From positions 1,504,001-1,568,000 of the forward strand of contig CAVUAK010000001.1 of the NCBI GenBank assembly GCA_963739455.1: a stretch of DNA of 64,000 nt. The letters are read 5' to 3'. The stretch is from an uncultured Gemmatimonadales bacterium. Lineage in GTDB: Bacteria > Gemmatimonadota > Gemmatimonadetes > Gemmatimonadales > GWC2-71-9. Below the pieces are notes generated by a model, which was not told where the DNA came from, did no database searches, and saw only the letters and a list, made by a program, of their open reading frames with translations. This document shows, piece after piece, positions 58,324 through 64,000 of the stretch. The stretch's first letter is position 1. Each line of letters opens with the position of its first letter. Made by a program: the position numbers and the translations under genes.

Positions 58324-59376
58324 TCAGTCCGGGGTCGCAGAGAAGCTCCACCGCGGACGCCTCGCCAGGTGCGCGAGCCCATTTACCCATGCCCGGAATG
58401 CGCCCTCGGACTGTCGCATCGTGTCAATGAAGCGCGGGAGGAGCAACTGGGGATCGCCAGGCGTGCCCAAGCCGGGCACGCAGGTTGTGGCCGTCTCAAT
58501 CCCCTCGGCTTCGAGCCAGGGAAGGAACTCCGGGCGGTGCACTCCGCTGGGATAGCAGAAATGTCTCGCGGTTGCTCCCACGTTCTGCGTGAGCCAGTTG
58601 CGGTTGTCACGAATCTCACGGCGGAAGAGCTGTTCGTCCCTGGGCGTCCGGTGACGGTGTGTGTGCAGTTCCATCGCGTGCCCGGCGGCCACAACATCTC
58701 GCATCTCAGGTCCTGTCATCAGGTGAAAAAGGCGGTCGCGTAGCAGCTCGTCGTAGTCTAGCGAGAGTCGCCCGGCCAGCTGCGCGTTCAGCGAATCCTT
58801 CTCTTCCGCCGTAAGCGCTGACCGCTCCGCGTGCGACCGAAGGGTTGCCAGTACCACGGCCCGCCCGGCCTCGGACCGAAGGCTGGCCGCGGCCTCGAGG
58901 CCCACCTCGCGCCATGACGGAAGCGTCTGGCCTCGGCCCCGCCACAGGAGGTACGAGGTAGAGGGACCGAAAACCGGTCTCTGGTAACTGGCGTAGTAGG
59001 TGCTCGCGTAGTTGGTCGCCGGATAGTTCCGCTCCGCGAGAAGTGGTAGCGCCCTTGAATGAAAATCGAAGTTCCCATCGTCAAACGTGATCACGACGGC
59101 ACGCGGTGGAAGGGTTCCTGCCCGGAGCGCCGCCGCACCCTCGTCCAGCGACATGACATTCGCGTGCTCTTCCGCCAGGATCGTCAGGCGCCGCCGCAAG
59201 AACGTCGGCGAGATGTAGAGCTCTGGCGACCACTCATGCTCGTCGCGTTGCGAGACGCCATGGTAGCAGAGCACCAGCAGGCGCTGCGTTCGCCATGAAC
59301 TCCGGCCGATTGCCCGCGTCAGGCCCACAGCTTCGCCGATGGCAAAGGCGCCAGCCTTGATCCCGCCCATCGTCAC
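58324..59376 (-). CDS. polysaccharide deacetylase (NodB/CE4)
   Basis: LCYHG, ITFDDG, HTHRH, FCYPSG, LPR. Confidence 0.9.
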   Translation of the reverse strand: MTMGGIKAGAFAIGEAVGLTRAIGRSSWRTQRLLVLCYHGVSQRDEHEWSPELYISPTFLRRRLTILAEEHANVMSLDEGAAALRAGTLPPRAVVITFDDGNFDFHSRALPLLAERNYPATNYASTYYASYQRPVFGPSTSYLLWRGRGQTLPSWREVGLEAAASLRSEAGRAVVLATLRSHAERSALTAEEKDSLNAQLAGRLSLDYDELLRDRLFHLMTGPEMRDVVAAGHAMELHTHRHRTPRDEQLFRREIRDNRNWLTQNVGATARHFCYPSGVHRPEFLPWLEAEGIETATTCVPGLGTPGDPQLLLPRFIDTMRQSEGAFRAWVNGLAHLARRPRWSFSATPD

Positions 59377-60524
59377 GTCGATCGTTCCATCGTCGCGCCG
59401 GTCAGCCTGGCGTACACTTCGGTAAGCGTGCCGATCGTCGCCTCGGCACGATAGCGCGCGAAGGCGACCGACCGACCGGTGGATCCAAGCTTCGCTCGCA
59501 GCATCTCGTCTCCAGCCAGCTCTCCCAGCTTTCGCGCGAGTTCGGCGGCATTCCCGGAGGCGACGAGCATGCCGGTCTCGTTGTCCGTCACGGCGTCTGC
59601 GACCCCGCCTACATCAGTGGCGATTGTCGGGCGACCGGCGGCCATGGCCTCGACAAGCGTATTGGGAAATCCTTCGCTCTCCGAGGTGAGGGCGGATATC
59701 TCCAGGAACTGGTGCGGGTTTGGCTGCTGTGGCAGCTGTCCCGTGAAGTGCACGCGGTCGCTGATCCCAAGCGCCGTGGAGCGGGCCTTCAACAGTGCAT
59801 GCTGACTCCCCTCACCCACGAGAACAAGGTGCAGACGCGGATCCCCCACGGCAGCTACCGCGTCCACTAGGCGCTCAAGTCGCTTGACCGGCTCGAGCCG
59901 GGCGACAGCACCCACCGCCACGGCATTGTCGGGAACGCCCCAGGACCGTCGGACACTCAATCGCTCCTGTTCGGTGACGCTGTCGAACGCGTGATCGTCC
60001 ACGAAGTTCTCCACGACCGCGATGCGCGCGTGCGCAACCTTGTCTTCGCGCTGGAGCAGGCCTGCGACCGCGGCACTGTTCGCGATCACACGGTGCGCGA
60101 AGCGATACGCTTGCCGGTTGATGTGTATGAGGCTGGGACGGGGAGCATGATGCCACCAGCGGCGGCTCGCGATGACACCTGGAACTCCGGCAACGCGTGC
60201 AATTGGGACCGCGAACACGTTCGAGTAGATATCGTGAGCGTGAAGAATCTGGACCCGCTCTCGTACCAGGTGACGTGCAAGGCCAAGCGCACGCACGCCG
60301 GTCGATGGTTGCATGAAGCCCGTAAGCCGGAAGCGAATGACCGGAATTTCCAGTCGTTCGTATCGTGCCAGCAGCGGACCATCCGGTCCAAGTACGAGCA
60401 ATTGGACCTCTGCGCCGGTACGTTGGATTCTCTCGGCCGTTCGCACGGCGTTCAGCTCCGTGCCACCCGGGCTCAGGCTGTCGACGCAGTACGCAATTCG
60501 GAGCGGCCGTCCCGAGTCATCCAT
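59373..60524 (-). CDS. glycosyltransferase family 4
   Basis: GGTE, VARLEPVK, SEGFPNTLVEAMAAG. Confidence 0.88.
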   Translation of the reverse strand: MDDSGRPLRIAYCVDSLSPGGTELNAVRTAERIQRTGAEVQLLVLGPDGPLLARYERLEIPVIRFRLTGFMQPSTGVRALGLARHLVRERVQILHAHDIYSNVFAVPIARVAGVPGVIASRRWWHHAPRPSLIHINRQAYRFAHRVIANSAAVAGLLQREDKVAHARIAVVENFVDDHAFDSVTEQERLSVRRSWGVPDNAVAVGAVARLEPVKRLERLVDAVAAVGDPRLHLVLVGEGSQHALLKARSTALGISDRVHFTGQLPQQPNPHQFLEISALTSESEGFPNTLVEAMAAGRPTIATDVGGVADAVTDNETGMLVASGNAAELARKLGELAGDEMLRAKLGSTGRSVAFARYRAEATIGTLTEVYARLTGATMERST

Positions 60525-60642
60525 CGCGCGCCTACCCGACCTTCCAGTGAAGTTAGCTCGCAAAGTCGATCCGATATATTGGCAAGATCGGGACCGTTTG
60601 TGAAAGCTTTGCGGCAGTGATAGAAGCCACGGAAGTTGTTGA

Positions 60643-60658
60643 CGGCACAAGGCTTGCG
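60643..60658 (+). promoter_or_regulatory. putative sigma54 (-24/-12) promoter
   Basis: CGGCACA-AGGC-TTGCG: GG-N10-GC with GGCAC and TTGC, about 100 bp upstream of the GT4 at 60757. Confidence 0.5.
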
Positions 60659-60756
60659 CCCACAGTCACAAATCGAACCTGAAGGTGTGTTGCGGCGTCC
60701 TCTCGCGTGGTTGGGGCCGCAACGTAACCCATGATGGGGCCGCGGAGAGTGCGTCG

Positions 60757-62088
60757 ATGAACATCCTGCTCCTCACTGAAGTCTACCCTCCGGAGCCGGT
60801 GGTAGGATCATTTCGCGCTCAAAAGGTGGCCCTCGCGCTCGCACATGCCGGTCATCGGGTCTGGGTCGTTACCAACCATGCGGGAACGGGCGATGCGCTG
60901 CCGGAGCAGGAGGGCGTCACCCTGATCAAGGCCCCCCCCCGGCGCAGCCCGATTCAGGTAGCCGCGGCACTCCGCAGTCGTTTTCGAGCATTTCGCGGTC
61001 AGGTGCGTGGACGCTCGGAGAATACTGCGACTGGTCAAATGGCCAGTCTTGGTTCTGATCAGCAGTCCGCCCGGAAGCGGAGGGGACTCGTCGCTGAGCT
61101 GTTGAGTGTACCAGACGAGGCGCAGGGGCTCATTCCGTCACAGCTCGACGCGGTCACGTCACTGGATCGCACCGATTTCGATCTGGTGTATTCAACAAGT
61201 CCAAGCCATAGCGTTCAGATCGCGGCCCTGCTCGTGGCGCGGCGGCGTCGGCTGCCTTGGATCGCGGAGTTTCGGGATCCCTGGACTGACAACCCGGAGC
61301 TTCGCCTTGCGAGCCGGAGCGGTGTGGCGCAGGGGATCAATCGTTGGCTCGAGCGCTTGGTCTTTCGCAGGGCGTCGGCCATCGTCGCCGTGACCCGCGA
61401 TGCAGGCGACCTGTTCCGGCGGAAGCTCGATGGAGGCGATGTCAATAAGGTGCTGGTGGCGCTCAATGGCATTTCCCGTGTCGCGTCGTCCCGTCCGCCG
61501 CGAGAAGAGTCCGCGCCGTTGCGGCTCGTGTATGCCGGGTCGATTTATCCGCCGCGCACCGCCGTGCCGTTCATCGAGTCCCTGGCGCGAGTGCGGGATG
61601 CAGGGTTCACCGCCCCACTCGAATTGACTTTTGTCGGCGATTGCCGGATGTACGAGGGCATCAATGTGGAGGCGTTGTGCCGGGACCTCGGCCTCGGCGA
61701 CGTCGTCCGATTCCGGGATTGGCTGCCCCAGCAGGCCGCGCAGGAGCTCGTTGGTAACGCCGACCTGCTTCTGCTGCCCGCTCAGCGATGGGTGCATCAA
61801 ATACCGAACAAGGCTTTTGACTATCTCGGTTCGCGCGTACCGGTTATCGCCCTTTGTGAACCGGACAGCGAACTCGCAAGGCTGCTCAAGGCTGTCGGAG
61901 GCCATACTGTCGTGGAGCACCTTACTGATCTGGATACCGCCCTGCTCCACTCCCTGAACCGTGCGGGTGGTTCACGGGAGACGGTTGGGGATGACGCACT
62001 GCTGGCCGAGTTGACTGTTGAACTACAGATGCGGCGAGTGGTGGGACTCGTCGAGCGCGTTGCAGGGCGTTCAGGTGTCGGCATGTGA
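60757..62088 (+). CDS. glycosyltransferase family 4
   Basis: TEVYPP...GSFR, STSP, AEFRDPW, IPNKAFDYL; similar to the 34502 gene. Confidence 0.85.
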   Translation: MNILLLTEVYPPEPVVGSFRAQKVALALAHAGHRVWVVTNHAGTGDALPEQEGVTLIKAPPRRSPIQVAAALRSRFRAFRGQVRGRSENTATGQMASLGSDQQSARKRRGLVAELLSVPDEAQGLIPSQLDAVTSLDRTDFDLVYSTSPSHSVQIAALLVARRRRLPWIAEFRDPWTDNPELRLASRSGVAQGINRWLERLVFRRASAIVAVTRDAGDLFRRKLDGGDVNKVLVALNGISRVASSRPPREESAPLRLVYAGSIYPPRTAVPFIESLARVRDAGFTAPLELTFVGDCRMYEGINVEALCRDLGLGDVVRFRDWLPQQAAQELVGNADLLLLPAQRWVHQIPNKAFDYLGSRVPVIALCEPDSELARLLKAVGGHTVVEHLTDLDTALLHSLNRAGGSRETVGDDALLAELTVELQMRRVVGLVERVAGRSGVGM

Positions 62089-62248
62089 GGACCCGGTCCC
62101 AGTATTTTGTGTTGCATGGCTGCAACAGGCCGCGTCACTTGTCGTCGGAGTTCCACCGGGGCGTGGATCTTGAATTGACCGTTCTTGGACACCGTATTCT
62201 TGGCCTCACAGGGGGGCCAGTGATTCGCTTACATCTCGGAAACCACTC

Positions 62249-63250
62249 GTGCCAAATACGGTGTCGACGGCGCAACTAGCAAAGCTTCCCGTCACGCGGC
62301 TATGGCTGTACGTCGGGCTTCTGGCGGTCGTGACGCTGGGCGCGGGGGCGTACGGATTGCGCCGTGACGGCATTTTCGCTTGCCAGGCCGCTGGCTACCA
62401 GTCGGGCAGGTATCTCTCGCTCTGCGATGCGGAGAGCTACGGGGACTACGATCATGGAGCCTTCTGGTTCGGGCTCGAGCCCGTCGCGAGTGCCCATGCC
62501 CAAGACGCCGAGGTGCTCTTTCTCGGGAATAGCCGCATGCAACTGGCGCTCTCAACCGATGTGACGGCTCGCTGGTTCGCCGGAGCGTCCGCCAGCTACT
62601 ACCTGCTCGGCTTCTCACACAGCGAAACCGTGAATTTCGTCGCGCCGTTGTTGCGCGCACTGCAGCCGCGTGCCAAGGTCTACGTGATCAACCTCGATCG
62701 CTTCTTCACCAAGGTGGTCACCGACCCTGCTCGCGTGGTCATGCGCGACGGTGCCGCGCCGGGGCGCTACAAGCAGAAGCGTGAGTGGCAGGTGCTGCAC
62801 CGCGCGACCTGCAGCCGGTTGCCTGCCATCTGCCGGGACGCGCCCGCCTTCTTTCGCTTTCCAGAGACCGGGGCGTGGATCGTCGCCGGCGGAGAGAAGC
62901 GCCCCAAGCCCACCTCCTACGCAGACGCGGTTGACGATGAGCTGCTCCAGGTCTATCTGGCAAACGGGGGGGATTTCATCTCGCATCTACCGGTACCTGA
63001 GGAATGTGTCCTCCTGACGATGGTGCCGACTGTTGGCACGCCGGTCGCAACCGGGGAGGCGTTTGCCGACTCCGTCGGGCGCCGCTTTGTCGCGCCGGTA
63101 CTCGACAGCCTCAACACCTTCGACCAGTCGCACCTCGACTCCGCCAGTGCCCAGCGCTGGTCCCAGGCCTTCTTCGACGCAGCAGGCCCGTTCATACAAA
63201 AGTGCCTCGCTGATGCGAGTGGGGTGCTGCCGACCCCGGATGCCCGCTGA
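62249..63250 (+). CDS. membrane-anchored SGNH-like protein (possible polysaccharide acyl-transfer component)
   Basis: N-terminal TM, FLGNSR and DQSHL (GxS...DxxH). Confidence 0.6.
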   Translation: MPNTVSTAQLAKLPVTRLWLYVGLLAVVTLGAGAYGLRRDGIFACQAAGYQSGRYLSLCDAESYGDYDHGAFWFGLEPVASAHAQDAEVLFLGNSRMQLALSTDVTARWFAGASASYYLLGFSHSETVNFVAPLLRALQPRAKVYVINLDRFFTKVVTDPARVVMRDGAAPGRYKQKREWQVLHRATCSRLPAICRDAPAFFRFPETGAWIVAGGEKRPKPTSYADAVDDELLQVYLANGGDFISHLPVPEECVLLTMVPTVGTPVATGEAFADSVGRRFVAPVLDSLNTFDQSHLDSASAQRWSQAFFDAAGPFIQKCLADASGVLPTPDAR

Positions 63251-64000
63251 TGCAGTGGCTGCCCCCATGTGCCGACGTGCGATCCGCATTGCACGAAGCA
63301 ATGGCCGCCCCGGAGGTCAAGCGTCTTGCCAAGCTCGCAGCATTGGCCGGCCACCGACTTAGCTACTTTGAGATTCTTCAACTCGACCGCGCAGTGTCGC
63401 GACTCGTTGCTGATCCGCCGACGGGCTGGGCGAGGGTTCGCTTGGCGATCATCGGATCGGCGACGCTCAATCATCTGGCGCCGGCCATCCGTGTCGCTGG
63501 ACTCCGGCGGCAGGTGCTCTTCGACACCTTTGTCGGCCACTATGGACAGTATCGGCAGGAGGTACTCGACCGCACGTCCGAGTTGCATCAGTTCGCGCCC
63601 GAGGTAGTGCTCCTGTCGCTTGGCGCGGGGCAGCTCGTCGGTAGCGTACCACTAGGAGCGACGTCGAGTGAGGCGGAATGTGCGCTGGGCACCGCGCTCG
63701 ACGAGTTGGGCCAGCTCTGGCGAAGCATCCAGCAATCACTGGGCGCCGATGTCATTCAACAGACATTCCTCGACGTGGCGGAGCCGGTGTTCGGCAGCTT
63801 CGAGGCGCGCGTGCCGGGGTCGGCGGCAAGCCTTACGGCACAATTGAATGCCCGGATCGCGGCGGCGTCGGCCACGGCGGGGGTACATCTCCTTGATATC
63901 GCTCGGCAGGTCCAGCGGGACGGACTGTCACGGTGGTACGACCTGTCCCGCTGGCTCCAGGCAAAGATGGAGATTGCGCCGTCTGCCACACCGATGTTTG
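63250..64000 (+). CDS. FkbH-like (HAD-IIIC) protein, N-terminal part, truncated by the window end
   Basis: not in the ORF track; manual translation from ATG 63250 (overlapping the upstream TGA): MQWLPP...RLAIIGSATLNHLAPAIRVAGLRR...YGQYRQEVLD...FGSFE...WLQAKMEIAP. Confidence 0.75.
   Translation, partial: MQWLPPCADVRSALHEAMAAPEVKRLAKLAALAGHRLSYFEILQLDRAVSRLVADPPTGWARVRLAIIGSATLNHLAPAIRVAGLRRQVLFDTFVGHYGQYRQEVLDRTSELHQFAPEVVLLSLGAGQLVGSVPLGATSSEAECALGTALDELGQLWRSIQQSLGADVIQQTFLDVAEPVFGSFEARVPGSAASLTAQLNARIAAASATAGVHLLDIARQVQRDGLSRWYDLSRWLQAKMEIAPSATPMF

Noticed and set aside
1..64000. Numerous long antisense or alternate-frame ORFs (e.g. 8454..9890, 30090..31721, 40255..41604), and rRNA/tRNA/IS elements
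   Set aside because: Shadow ORFs are expected at high GC and have no motifs. No rRNA, tRNA cloverleaf, transposase or integrase was recognised.

Overview
GC-rich bacterial chromosomal window. The gene order and protein style suggest Gemmatimonadota (inference, not a search result). 1-4.3 kb: minus-strand yebC-ruvC-ruvA-(small CxxC protein)-ruvB-queA operon. 5-24 kb: LPS/surface-glycan region with a GT9 heptosyltransferase, a PorX-like receiver-PglZ protein, an MsbA-like ABC transporter, GT2/GT4/CgeB-type GTs, GT10 and GT11 fucosyltransferase-like genes, a patatin-ferredoxin fusion and an sxtIJKL-like carbamoyltransferase module. 24-33 kb: housekeeping genes (dppC-like permease, class V aminotransferase, tyrS, PBP1A, amidohydrolase, argR). 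33-64 kb: exopolysaccharide island (wecB, GT4s, methyltransferases, Wzy/O-antigen ligase-like, AlgD-like dehydrogenase, AsnB-like amidotransferase, heparinase II/III-like lyase, deacetylase, FkbH-like). The most striking structure is three tandem lipoprotein genes (38.4-48.2 kb). They have different N-termini and about 5, 9 and 1 Ig-like repeats, but share a 1.6-2.1 kb 3' cassette (beta-helix domain) that looks nucleotide-identical by eye and has the opposite G/C skew to the core region. The core region also carries several short tandem-repeat families (7-, 8-, 9- and 21-mers). These include four inverted heptamer-array elements at gene boundaries and 9-mer arrays translated in frame inside queA, ruvC and PBP1A. 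Many single-base frameshifts in conserved genes point to long-read indel errors. All calls come from motif recognition by eye; no searches were run.
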